Positions 19,652-29,588 are shown, counted from the first letter of the stretch. The stretch is DNA of 43,211 nucleotides from an uncultured Acidobacteriota bacterium (GCA_963827655.1 CAWHCF010000011.1:1-43211), one strand, 5' to 3'. The notes: a model not told the origin generated them from the letters alone. Made by a program: numbers and translations.

Positions 19652-22600
19652 ATGCGACGTCGATGTTCTCTCTACACAATTCTGCTTCTGGTGGCTGTTC
19701 TGGCATTCGGCTGTCAGAAAAGGAGTGGACCGCCTTACTCACCGGGCCAGGCGCTGGAGACTTTCCGGCTGGCGGAAGGGTTTCGCATCGAGCTCGCGGC
19801 GTCCGAGCCCGAAGTGCAGGACCCGGTTGCGATCGCGTTCGACCCCGACGGGCGGCTGTTCGTGGTCGAAATGCCTGACTACCCCGCGGAACGTGAGTCG
19901 AGAGGGAGGATCCGGCTGCTGGAGGACACCGACGGCGATGGACGTTTCGAGCGGAGCACGGTATTCGCCGAGAACCTTCACTTCCCCGCCAGCGTGATGC
20001 CGTGGAAGAACGGGGTTCTGGTCGCTGCGGCGCCGGACGTGTTCCACCTCACCGACAGCGACGGCGACAATCGCGCCGATGGCCGGAAGGTCGTCGTTGA
20101 CCGGCTTCAATCCTTACAACCCGCAGCTCCGGATGAACGGGATGCTTTACGCGATCGACAACTGGATCTATGCGGCCTATCCGAAGGTTGGACCTTCGGC
20201 CCGTAACCCGGAGCAGTTCGGCCGCCCGGGAGAGCCGATTCACTTTCCCGATCATCCCGAGGTCCCGGCCGTCGACATCTCGAAGCTCGGGACCGACGTG
20301 CGCTTCCGTCCCGATCTTCTGAAGCTCGAGGCCGCGTCGGGAAACTCGCAGTTCGGCAACGCCTTCGATGCGCGTGGAAATCGCTTTGCGCTCTGGAACA
20401 ACAATCACATCCGTCACCCGGTGATCGCGCAACAATACCTGGCGCGGAATCCCTACCAGGGGGTTTCGTCTGCGATGCAGTTCCCGTCCGACCACGAGGA
20501 CCAATCGGTCATCTATCCAATCACGGTCAATCCCGTGTTCATCCACGACTCGCAGGTCGGGATGTTCACTTCGGCCTGCGGGAACTCGGTCTACACCGGC
20601 GGAATTTTTCCCGAGCGCTACAATGGCGCCTATTTCTTATGCGAGCCGGTCCACAACCTGGTCCACAGCGATCTGCTTGCGCCCAAGGGGGCGACCTTCG
20701 TCGCGAGACGCGCTGTCGAAGAAGCCGAGTTTCTGGCCTCGACCGACGCCTGGTTCAAGCCGGTCTTCACCACGACCGGGCCGGACGGCGCGCTCTACGT
20801 GGTCGATTACGCCCGCAAATACGTCGAGCATCCCGATTACGTCCCCGAAGAAATGGAAGGCAAGCTCAACCTGCGCGACGGGGAAGGCCGGGGGCGAATT
20901 TACCGTGTCGTTCATCGCAGCAGCAAGCTCTTTCCCCAGCCGCGCCTGAGACAAGCGAGTTCGGCTGATCTCGTCCGCGAACTGGCTCACCCAAATCTCT
21001 GGTGGCGGACTACCGCGCAGCGGCTCCTGGTCGAGCGGCAAGACCAGGCGGCGATCCCCGCACTGGTCGACCTGGCTCGCAAGGCTGCGACTCCGGAGGG
21101 CCGGATCCATGCCCTCTGGACGATCGATGGACTGGGACGTCTCGATCCGGAACTTGTCCTCGAAGCTCTTGGAGACTCGAGCGGAATCGTGCGCGAACAT
21201 GCGGTCCGGCTTGCGGATCACGTCGATTCCGAACCGATCCGCAGAAAGCTGGCCGGGATGGGCGAGGATCCCGACCTGCGCGTCGTGTTCCAGCTCGCCT
21301 GCACGCTGGGCCGTCTTCCGGCAGAGCAGTCGTTCGAGCCGCTGCGGCGCATCGCCGCCCGGACCCTCGAGGATTCCTGGTTTCAGATCGCCGTGCTCAC
21401 CTCGGCCGCGGAGAACAGTACCCGCTGGTTTCAGGCGGTCACTCGGGAGAAAGGGTTCCTGGAGCAGCAGTCGAAGAAGAAGGAGGAGTTTCTCGGGCGA
21501 ATCGCCGCCATCGCGGGCGCGCGGCAGAAAGACCCCGAGATCATCGAGATCGTCAGGTTCGTCGAGCGCGCGCCCGGGGAGAGCGGCCTATGGTGGCGCA
21601 CCGCGAGTCTCAACGGGCTTGCGGAAGGTATGAAGCGCGGCGCAGAGAAGCAGCCCAGCCTTTCGGCGGCGACCGAGCAAAGCCTCTTCCGGCTGCTGGA
21701 CGACCGCTCCCCCGGCGTGGGAGCGGCCGCCCTGGACCTGCTTTCGGCGACGAAGGTTTCGGATTCTCCCCAGGTACGCGCCGCCGTGCGGAAAGCCTCC
21801 GGCGTCGCCCGGAACTCCGAAACGGAGCTGGATAGCCGCCTGAACGCGGTACGCGTGCTGGGAATGGATCCGACCCGCGCTTCCATCCCGGTGCTCGAAA
21901 GCCTGCTCGCTCTGAAGGAGCCGGTAAAGCTCCAGGCCGCCGCAGTGGCGGCTTTGTGGCGCACCGGCGATGCCGGCGTTCCCGGGATGCTGCTCGCCAG
22001 GTGGAAGATCTATCCCGTGCCCGTCAGGGAAGCGGCGCTGGCCGGGTTCTTCGCGAATCGCCAGCTGTTGCCGCAGCTGCTCGACGCGGTCGAGGACCGG
22101 AGGGTGGAACCGTCGACCCTGGGCCGCGCCCGCATTAACCAGCTGACGCGCTCGCGCGACGATACGATCAAGCAGCGCGCGCGGACGCTGCTGGCGAAGG
22201 TCCTGCCGCCCGACCGCAAGAGCGTGCTGGACCGATACCGGCCCGCCCTTACCATGAAAGGAGATCTGCTCAAAGGCAAGGAGGTCTTCCGCACCAATTG
22301 CGCCAGCTGTCACAAGATCGGCGGCCTGGGGGTGGAAGTCGGACCCGACCTGATCAACCTGGCCACACGCCGCTCGAAGGGGTTTCTCATTGCCGACATA
22401 TTCGATCCGAACGCCAACATTGCGGCCGGCTTCGAAGAGTACATGGTCGAAACCACCGACGGGCAAACTCTCACCGGCATCATCGCCTCCGACAGCGCAA
22501 CCACCGTCACCCTGAAGCGGAAGGAAGGAGCCGAAGATACAGTGCTGCGCGCCAATATCGCGAACCTGCGCGCCTCGGCTGTCTCAGCAATGCCTGAGGG

Positions 22601-22688
22601 TCTGGAGGACAGTATCAGCATCGCGGACATGGCCGATCTCCTCGAGTTCCTCAAGGGTCTCGGAAAATCTCCCTCAGCAAATCACTGA
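19652..22688 (+). CDS. Second PVC-type heme-binding CxxCH lipoprotein, split by one frameshift near 20096
   Basis: Lipobox LAFGC and colinear with 6827-9970. Removing one base in gtcgtcgttgacc gives RKVVLTGF (paralog RKVLFTGF). Also CASCH, GPDL and SAMPEG. Confidence 0.87.
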
Positions 22689-22730
22689 CAGCCCTCCCCC
22701 TCGTTTGGCGTCAGATCCCTTGTTCCACGG

Positions 22731-22814
22731 GCGGCAGCAAGCTGCCGCAACACAAGGCGCAAACAAGCTTGCGCACTCCGAAGCATCGATCTTGGAGTGC
22801 GGTCGCTTGCTCCG
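22731..22814. repeat. REP-like palindromes (GGAGTGC.. type)
   Basis: Perfect palindrome gcggcagc-aa-gctgccgc (22731-22748), then degenerate gcgcaaacaagcttgcgcactcc, then inverted ggagtgcggtcgcttgc. Confidence 0.6.
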
Positions 22815-22862
22815 AACCTTACACGCATCTCACTGGTGGCGATTTCGCCGCGGAAGGGATTC

Positions 22863-23240
22863 ATGAAAGTTCTAGATCTTTCCATCTCAATGGTTCTTTG
22901 CCTTTTAATAGGCTCAGTTAATCCCGCACAGAACCAGAAGTCGCAAGACCCTTGTGCAAATGCTCAAACAACATCAGAGATGCGTGATTGTGCTGGGAAA
23001 GAGCATAAGCAAGCAGATGCGGAATTGAACAAAGTTTACAAGCAACTCATGTCGAAGCTGGAGGACGAAGGTCATCAGGCGGCATTAAAGAGTGCTCAGC
23101 AGGCGTGGATCAGATACAGAGATACGAACTGCGAGTATGAAAGTTATCTTAGTCGAGGTGGCACGATTTACTCAGTTGTCCACACCGGGTGTCTCACGCG
23201 AATGACAAAGGAAAGGACGACGGAATTGCGCCGCCAGTAA
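22863..23240 (+). CDS. Lysozyme inhibitor LprI (DUF1311) family secreted protein
   Basis: Signal peptide, CANAQTTSEMRDCA, ADAELNKVY, LKSAQQAWIRYRDTNC and CLTRMTKERTTEL. Visibly more AT-rich than its neighbours. Confidence 0.85.
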   Translation: MKVLDLSISMVLCLLIGSVNPAQNQKSQDPCANAQTTSEMRDCAGKEHKQADAELNKVYKQLMSKLEDEGHQAALKSAQQAWIRYRDTNCEYESYLSRGGTIYSVVHTGCLTRMTKERTTELRRQ

Positions 23241-23290
23241 CTTGATTGTCGGATTCGACGTTGATGTGTGTCGAGAGGTACCTTAGTACT

Positions 23291-23513
23291 GCTGTTCGCA
23301 ATTACGGTGACGTATCTGGGCAGTCGAGGCCTGAAGGGCCGACAGAAAGTAGGCCCGGCCGTAAGGCCGGGATTAGACGTGCATTAAGAAGGAGCGCCGA
23401 AGGTGCGGCACAGGTCTTTGTGCCGGTCCTTCGGACCTCGTGTCAGTGGCGTCTTGAAAACCCCGCCCTGACGGGCGGGGCTACTCACTGACGGGGCCTT
23501 CGGCCCTCGGCGA
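23291..23513 (+). repeat. Intact REP doublet / REPIN-like element A (about 223 bp)
   Basis: GTAG-gcccggcc-gtaa-ggccggg on the left and the inverted partner ccccgccc-tgac-gggcgggg-CTAC on the right, with GAAG/TTCG mini-hairpins. Homologous to 15935-16371 and 29351-29526. Confidence 0.8.
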
Positions 23514-23834
23514 CAACACAGCGGACTCCTACCGCTCTGCCAAAATGCGTCACCGTATTTATAAAACAGCCAACTTAGTCGACCGCGTTGTGGCAAATCA
23601 GCCAGCCAGGATCGCACGACGCATGATGAACCCGAAAGGCGAGACCAGCCTCCAACGAGCGGCTGGTCGATCGCCAATCGCTTGGCCAGCGCGAGTTTGA
23701 TGATCTCCAGGATCGCCACGCCGAAGCTTCCAACTGTCGCGGCGAGGACGATCATTCACTGAAGCTCCCTAGCAGGTCATGCGTCTTCGTCCGTTCGTAC
23801 CAGGTTCGCCCTGGCCGCGGGTCGACTTCACTCT

Positions 23835-25257
23835 CTAATATTCGATGCGCCACTTCTGGTTGTTACCGGAATGGCAGGTGAATTGCTGAATCCTCACTCC
23901 GTTGGCACTGCTCGCGTTAGGGACATCCAGGCATTTTCCGCTGTTTTCATTTGGGAGTCGCTCGTTGAAGTAGGCGTAATGGAAGCGCTGGTTGGCGAAA
24001 CCGTGACAGGGGAATTGCTGCAGTTGCGCTCCATCGGACAGGCTGCCCCCCGGGATATCCAGACACTGGCCGCTCCAGTCGTTGATGATCAGCGCCCGCC
24101 CGGTTCCCGGCACAGTCCAAAAATACCAACGCTGGTTGGCGCCGCCATGACATTGGAACTGGTTAACGGGCGCGTTGCTGTTGCGACTCCAGTTGGCTAC
24201 GTCCAGGCACTTTCCACTGTTGACGTTGACGAGCTTGAACGTTCCGGGCCCATCCTTGGAAAGGAAGCGAACCGCGCCTGCAATATCGCCCTGGCTGAGA
24301 GCGTTCGTTTGCGCATTGATCAGAGTGCCGTCCAGACGCGTAATGGTCGGCCCAACCGGATTCCCGAAAGCATCGGTCCGTGCAAAGGCGAACGATCCAT
24401 AGTGCATGATCGAGCCGAAGTCATAGTCGAACATGTCCTGGCCGTCTTCACCGCTCTGGATATAGGTGTTGAAGTTGGATGCCTTACCCTGCTGGATGTT
24501 CCCCCAATTAATCACGACGAAATTATTGCGATCAGCGCGTGACTGCTCATGCCAGAGCCCGACAGCATGCCCGATCTCATGAATCGCGCCGCCTGTTCCG
24601 CATTGCTGTGCGGTCACGACCGTCTCGAGATCCAGATCGATTGCCTGGCCGCCGCCCTGCCGGCCGGCTGGGTGATTGGCAGATGGCATTCGTGTTGCGC
24701 ACAAACCGGATGTAATCAGATTCTCCGTTGCGGGGACGGAACCAGTACGGGGTGACAGAATTCCATTGATTGAGCGCATTATTAATGAATGTCCGCTCCG
24801 CCGCGCTGTAGTTGCTGTCGATCTCGTACGGGACGACGCCGTCCGCCCAGCGAAAATCCGTGTCGCTGCGGCTGACGCTCTTGTGGATGTCGCCTTCGAA
24901 CACCTTTCTTACCTTGTCGATCTTCCCCAGGACGATGTCTCCTTCAAAGATGGCCAGGTCTTCCTCCAGGCCGGACTCGGCAGCCGTGAGTATCTCGTAA
25001 GCCACTTCGCGCGGACCGTATGCTGTCTGGATGATACCGGTATGGAACCCGCCGGAAGACTTGGGCTGGCCGGCTTGCCCGCCTGTCCGATCCGCGCTCT
25101 GCGCCATGTCAACCGCCCCCAGCGCCAGCAGGAAAGCGCAAACGAGCGCCGCCGGCCGGACCGTTCTCATCGCTCGACCAGCGATAGCCGCATCGTCGAG
25201 GTTGTCTCGCGCGTCGGTGATATTCTGTTCTCGTATTTCAGATTTGATTGAGTTCAT
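23835..25257 (-). CDS. Astacin (M12A) metalloprotease with C-terminal ricin-B (QxW) lectin domain, split by one frameshift near 24671
   Basis: Prodomain AIFEGDIVLG, RWADGVVPYEI, HEIGHAVGLWHEQSRADR, the SIMHY Met-turn and three SGKCLDV...QF.CH...NQ.W repeats. Removing one G at 24670-24672 gives ICQSPAGRQGG. Confidence 0.88.
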
Positions 25258-25267
25258 TTCGATCTCC

Positions 25268-26008
25268 TTATTTTTGAAATCGCTCAGTCACTTGTAAAAT
25301 TGCTGCTCGATCGGCGAATCGCTCAATAAAGGCAACCACCTCTGCTTGCAGCGCTGCATTCCCGCTTCGCGCGGCTAGTTCAATCAAAGGTTCGACCGGA
25401 ACTCGATTCCCGAGCCGGTAGAGAGCTTCCCGCGCAACCTGTCTGATTCTGGGTTCAGGATCGATTAGCGCCTCGATGACAGCATTGATCGCTAAATCGT
25501 TGCCCAGTTCGGCCAGATAAGTCAGAGCCTGTTCCCGGATCCTGGGATCGGGGTGCCGGAGCCCAAGGCTGCGCGCGCGTGTAAACAGTTCGGCTTTGCT
25601 ATCACTTCTTGTCGTGATCTCTTGCACGAGTTCCGCAGACGTTTGCGACGTTCCCGATATCTCCAGCTCATTTACGGTGTCCTTGATTTCCTGGGCGGTG
25701 TGGCTGGCATGGTTCGCGGACGGGAAAGCATGAAGCGTCTTTGGTGGAATGGTTTCTTCGATCGTTGCTTGAGACCAGGAACGATCGGGCCGGCTGAACG
25801 TCTGATGCTCGAAGGACCCTGTCAGCCGCGGCAGATCCTTGCGGATAGGAGGAGTGCCGGGGTTAAAGAAGTATCTGCTCGAACTCGGTTTGTAACTGGC
25901 GGCCCGAGGCGCTCTGCTGTGCTTCAGCCAGTAACATGTCAGCCCTGCCAGGAAAATCCCGAATGTCGCAAGGGCCAGTGCTTTTTGCCATCGTTGCGAG
26001 CCTTTCAT
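25268..26008 (-). CDS. Membrane-anchored HEAT-repeat protein
   Basis: N-terminal TM segment, then LRHPDPRIREQALTYL and LIDPEPRIRQVAREAL. It has a GGAGGA RBS, and its stop overlaps the astacin RBS (taaggag). Confidence 0.7.
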   Translation of the reverse strand: MKGSQRWQKALALATFGIFLAGLTCYWLKHSRAPRAASYKPSSSRYFFNPGTPPIRKDLPRLTGSFEHQTFSRPDRSWSQATIEETIPPKTLHAFPSANHASHTAQEIKDTVNELEISGTSQTSAELVQEITTRSDSKAELFTRARSLGLRHPDPRIREQALTYLAELGNDLAINAVIEALIDPEPRIRQVAREALYRLGNRVPVEPLIELAARSGNAALQAEVVAFIERFADRAAILQVTERFQK

Positions 26009-26471
26009 CTTTCCTCCGGTTCGTTGGCGAAGACGTAGCTGTCCCTTCATCCCTCCCGCCGACAATGAAATGGGTCTGAAGCGGAGAGGAATCAGCCAGA
26101 TTGCCTGGTGTCAGTCACTGAGTTGGATCGCCATCACCATCCGGCCTGGTGGCCGGTGGCTGGGATGACGGATACCTAGTGACGCTGGAGGGAAAACCGT
26201 TTCACTCTGAAATCAGCTTCGGCGGGCCATTCTGAAGTTTCGAGTTGCGAGTAATTAATAGTGGACGCACCGAGCCAGTTTGTAATTCCACAACATCAAC
26301 ACCTGGCCGGGCGTTGACACGTCTTCACCATGAACATTCTAACCCTCGCTTACGTATTTCGGAGCGTGTCCTTTTTCAGGAAGATCCGGAATTACTTGAG
26401 CAAGCTCGGTGCTCAGCGAACAATACTCTCTTACTATCGCGTCGCTGGACAGCGCACTCTCTTCATAGACG

Positions 26472-28946
26472 ATGTGGGTTCATCGCGATCGGGATGGAGT
26501 GACCGTGGACAGGGATAAACTTGACCGAAAACGTACAGAGTGCCGTGCGGCGCTCGGTTACAGACTGTGGGACGAGTTGCGCTCGGACCTTCGCTTTGCT
26601 GTTCGCAGCCTGCGGACCCACCTTGGTTACTCCGCCACCGCGATCGCGATTGTTGCCCTCGCCATCGGTGTGAACAGCGCATTCTTTACCCTCTTCTCTC
26701 ATTATGTCCTCAAGCCCCTCCCCATCCGAGGCGCGGAGCGGCACTTTGATCTCAGAGGCCTGGACCGGCGCGCGCGACTCACGGGCGGCTGGACCGCGAT
26801 GGAGATCGACGCTTTTCGGCAAGCCAGCCGGCAACAGGTCGAAGGTCTCTACACAGTCCGTACGATTCAGGTGCTCGTGCTCGAGCCGGCGCAGCGTCTC
26901 GGCGTGGTTTCGTTTGTCTCCGACAACTACTTTCGGCTGCTGGGCGGGAGTGCCGCCATCGGCCGGACTTTCTCCGAGCCGGAGCGGCGCGAGCCAGTCG
27001 TCGTGCTCAGCCACTCCGGCCAGCGCCGTCACTTCGCGGACGATCCGGCGCCGGTCGGCAAGAGGCTGCGCGTTCGAACCACTGTCCTTACGGTAATAGG
27101 AGTCATGCCGCCGGAGTTCCTCGGCACGGAGCCTGCCGTACCGGACTTTTGGGCCGGAGCGGAAATGACCTCCGCGCTACTTGGCGGGGAAGGCGTCCGC
27201 GAACCGCGTTACCACCTGTCCGGCCTGCTGGCCCCCGGGGTTTCGCTGCGCCAGGCCGAGTCCATTCTGACAGCGACCGCCAGCCGGTTCTCGCGTCCCG
27301 GAGAGGAGCCGGTGGCGCGAGTGCAGCTCAACGGCCGCTCTGGATTTATCGCCACCGACGGGGATTTCAATACTGCTGCCGGACTGGTGTTTGCGGTGTT
27401 CCTGACGGTCCTGGCAATTGCCTGCGCCAATCTGGCGAATCTCTGCCTCTCGCGCGCAGCCGCGCGAACACACGAAATCGGCATGCGTCTCTCGCTCGGT
27501 GCTTCGCGCGGCCGTATCGTGCGTCAGCTGCTCACAGAGAGTACATTCGTTGCGCTGCTCGGCGCTGGGGGCGGAGTCGCTTTGGGCGTCCTCGCAGTCC
27601 AACAGGCACAACGTTATCTCGCCACGCTCGCGGGCGGTATGGGGATCGCAATGCCTGCCGTGGAAGCGGATTGGCGTGTGCTTCTCTTCTCCGGCGGCCT
27701 GGGTATGGTCGCCGGACTCGCCTTCGGGCTCTTGCCGGCCATTGAGATCACCTCTCCCAGCCTCACACTTTCCACCAAGCGGGAGCACTCGTATTTCGCC
27801 GGCCGCGTCCGCCCACGCCGACTGCGCAACTTGCTGATCACCGGACAGGTTGCCTCCAGTCTGGTGCTGCTCATCATCGCCGGGATTCTCGTCCGGAATA
27901 TTCAAAGCCTCAATGCGACTTCGCCGGGCTACGATCTGGACCGGATCTTCGATCTCAAGCTGGACGACCCACAACCTGCGCTGCTCGCCCTGCTCGAACA
28001 GCAGCCATTTATCGTCAGTGTCTCCGCGGTGCAGCATGTTCCCCTTTATGGCAACATGAACCAGTATCCGGCCACGGTGGACGGGCGCTCGGTCCGGCTG
28101 TCGTACAACTATGTGGATCATCGCTTCTTTGAAACCCTCGCCCTGCCGTTGGAAGGCCGGGGCTTCACCCGGCAAGAGACAGCAAGGAACGCCAAGGTCG
28201 TGGTGATCAGCCAGGCGACCTCGCGGAAGCTTTGGCCGGGCGGGATGCCTATCGGCCGGTCCCTTACCGTTGACCAGCCGGGAGCCAAGGATGCACAAGC
28301 AGCGGGGACCTATGACGTGATCGGGGTGGTACCCGACGTGATCAGCAGCTGGTTATTCCGCGGCAAGGACGCTACGGCCGTCTATTTGCCCGCGGCTGCG
28401 GGACAGGACAAGATCCAGTCTGCGATGGTGAGAATCAACGGCTCTCCGGCATCCGCAATCGCGACCATCCGCAAGCTCTGCGCCGGCATTGAGAATGCCA
28501 CCGGTTGCGAGCCCACAAGTCTGCGTGAGCTATCGGGCATGCAGCGTTTCCCGTTTCAGGCGGCAGCTTCGGTCTGCGGCGTACTCGGGATACTGGCGCT
28601 GGGGCTCACAGCAGTGGGACTCTACAGTGTCACCAGTTACTCTGTGGTCCAGCGGCGCCGGGAGATCGGCATACACCTGGCGCTGGGTGCTTCGCCTGCT
28701 CGGGTAATGCGCCGCTTTTTTGGCGAAGCCTGCCGTTGCGTGGTCATTGGATTGGCATTAGGACTCCCGGTCTGTCTGATAATTTCGCGCCTGGTGAATT
28801 CTTCCGTGTTTGGCATCGAAGGTTTCGACGCAGGCGCTTACGCCTTTGTCCCCGCACTGTTAACTCTTGTCGCGACGCTCGCGTGTGCCGTTCCGGCCCG
28901 GCGCGCCGCGCGGATGGATCCGCTGGCGTCGCTCAGAGAAGAGTAG
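26472..28946 (+). CDS. ABC transporter permease, acidobacterial duplicated MacB/FtsX (ADOP) type
   Basis: DLRFAVRSLR, LAIGVNSAFF, ACANLANL...RTHEIGMRLSLGASRGRIVRQLLTES, second half RRREIGIHLALGA and PARRAARMDPLASLR. The likely start is GTG 26505. Confidence 0.9.
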   Translation: MWVHRDRDGVTVDRDKLDRKRTECRAALGYRLWDELRSDLRFAVRSLRTHLGYSATAIAIVALAIGVNSAFFTLFSHYVLKPLPIRGAERHFDLRGLDRRARLTGGWTAMEIDAFRQASRQQVEGLYTVRTIQVLVLEPAQRLGVVSFVSDNYFRLLGGSAAIGRTFSEPERREPVVVLSHSGQRRHFADDPAPVGKRLRVRTTVLTVIGVMPPEFLGTEPAVPDFWAGAEMTSALLGGEGVREPRYHLSGLLAPGVSLRQAESILTATASRFSRPGEEPVARVQLNGRSGFIATDGDFNTAAGLVFAVFLTVLAIACANLANLCLSRAAARTHEIGMRLSLGASRGRIVRQLLTESTFVALLGAGGGVALGVLAVQQAQRYLATLAGGMGIAMPAVEADWRVLLFSGGLGMVAGLAFGLLPAIEITSPSLTLSTKREHSYFAGRVRPRRLRNLLITGQVASSLVLLIIAGILVRNIQSLNATSPGYDLDRIFDLKLDDPQPALLALLEQQPFIVSVSAVQHVPLYGNMNQYPATVDGRSVRLSYNYVDHRFFETLALPLEGRGFTRQETARNAKVVVISQATSRKLWPGGMPIGRSLTVDQPGAKDAQAAGTYDVIGVVPDVISSWLFRGKDATAVYLPAAAGQDKIQSAMVRINGSPASAIATIRKLCAGIENATGCEPTSLRELSGMQRFPFQAAASVCGVLGILALGLTAVGLYSVTSYSVVQRRREIGIHLALGASPARVMRRFFGEACRCVVIGLALGLPVCLIISRLVNSSVFGIEGFDAGAYAFVPALLTLVATLACAVPARRAARMDPLASLREE

Positions 28947-29076
28947 CCGGGTGACCGGGCCGGCAATCGCAAAGGTCACATGTCGCGTATGCCCTACCGC
29001 GGGTGCGTTGGTCTCACAGGAGCTCAGTTCACATGAGGCCGACCAAATTGATTGTGGTGAAATGCACGGGTCTAAT

Positions 29077-29276
29077 GAGACTGTTGCAAAACCCACCCGG
29101 TTCATGTGCGGACGGGCTATCAAGCCCGTCCGGCCCCCGATGGCACAAACGATCTCTTTCAGGTAAATCATTCCGATCGCAGTATTTGCGACGGGTCTGA
29201 TGACCCGTCGCAACAGGATGCTCGGAAATCGTCTAAGCCACTCGGCGGGGTCGCGGCTGAGTTTTGCAACAGTCTA
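29077..29276. mobile_element. MITE C, second copy (200 bp) with 4-bp target duplication
   Basis: TAAT-GAGACTGTTGCAAAA...TTTTGCAACAGTCTA-TAAT, inserted between gggtc and gaccc. Confidence 0.82.
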
Positions 29277-29280
29277 TAAT

Positions 29281-29350
29281 GACCCGCGCCACAAAAGCCA
29301 AAGGGCTGCCGGTAAATCGAGAGCCGTTCGCTGAGTTTTTCACAGCTTCT
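29281..29350. mobile_element. One arm of MITE B
   Basis: Reverse complement of 15979-16049, ending in TTTTTCACAGCTTCT. The other arm is not recognisable. Confidence 0.7.
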
Positions 29351-29526
29351 CAGGGCGTGGTTTATGGTACAGATGAATTCGAGTGCCGAAGGCCCGGCAC
29401 TCCGGCTGTGTCGCACCTTCGGCGCTCTTCTTAACGCCCCCCATCCCGGCCTTACGGCCGGGCCTACTCTCTGTCGGCCTTTCAGGGCTCAACTGCCAAA
29501 ATACGTTTAGCGTAATTGCGAACAGC
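29351..29526 (-). repeat. REP doublet element A, truncated at a REP loop by MITE B
   Basis: Reverse-complement match to about 23291-23470 (cccggccttacggccgggcctac...cgtaattgcgaacagc). Confidence 0.8.
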
Positions 29527-29588
29527 AATACACACCCTCGACCAGAAGCTCATTCCTGAGATCCGCTGCCGCACCGAGATTATCCGGC

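Noticed and set aside
23514-23834. ORF 23384-23755 (-)
   Set aside because: It has a hydrophobic start but runs into the REP doublet and has no recognisable domain, so it is at most a remnant.
1728-25257. Programmed ribosomal frameshifting or phase variation at the split genes
   Set aside because: There are no slippery heptamers or long homopolymer tracts at the sites, the indels go in both directions, and the genes are unrelated.
28947-29072. Possible fourth element replacing the missing arm of MITE B
   Set aside because: Only gcacgggtc resembles the expected hairpin arm. There is no second copy or matching terminal repeat in the window, so it cannot be defined.
15935-29526. CRISPR array or integron attC array interpretation of the recurring palindromic repeats
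   Set aside because: There is no regular repeat-spacer periodicity, no cas or integrase gene and no consistent RYYYAAC/GTTRRRY boundaries. TIRs, a target duplication and GTAG-REP structure explain the repeats better.
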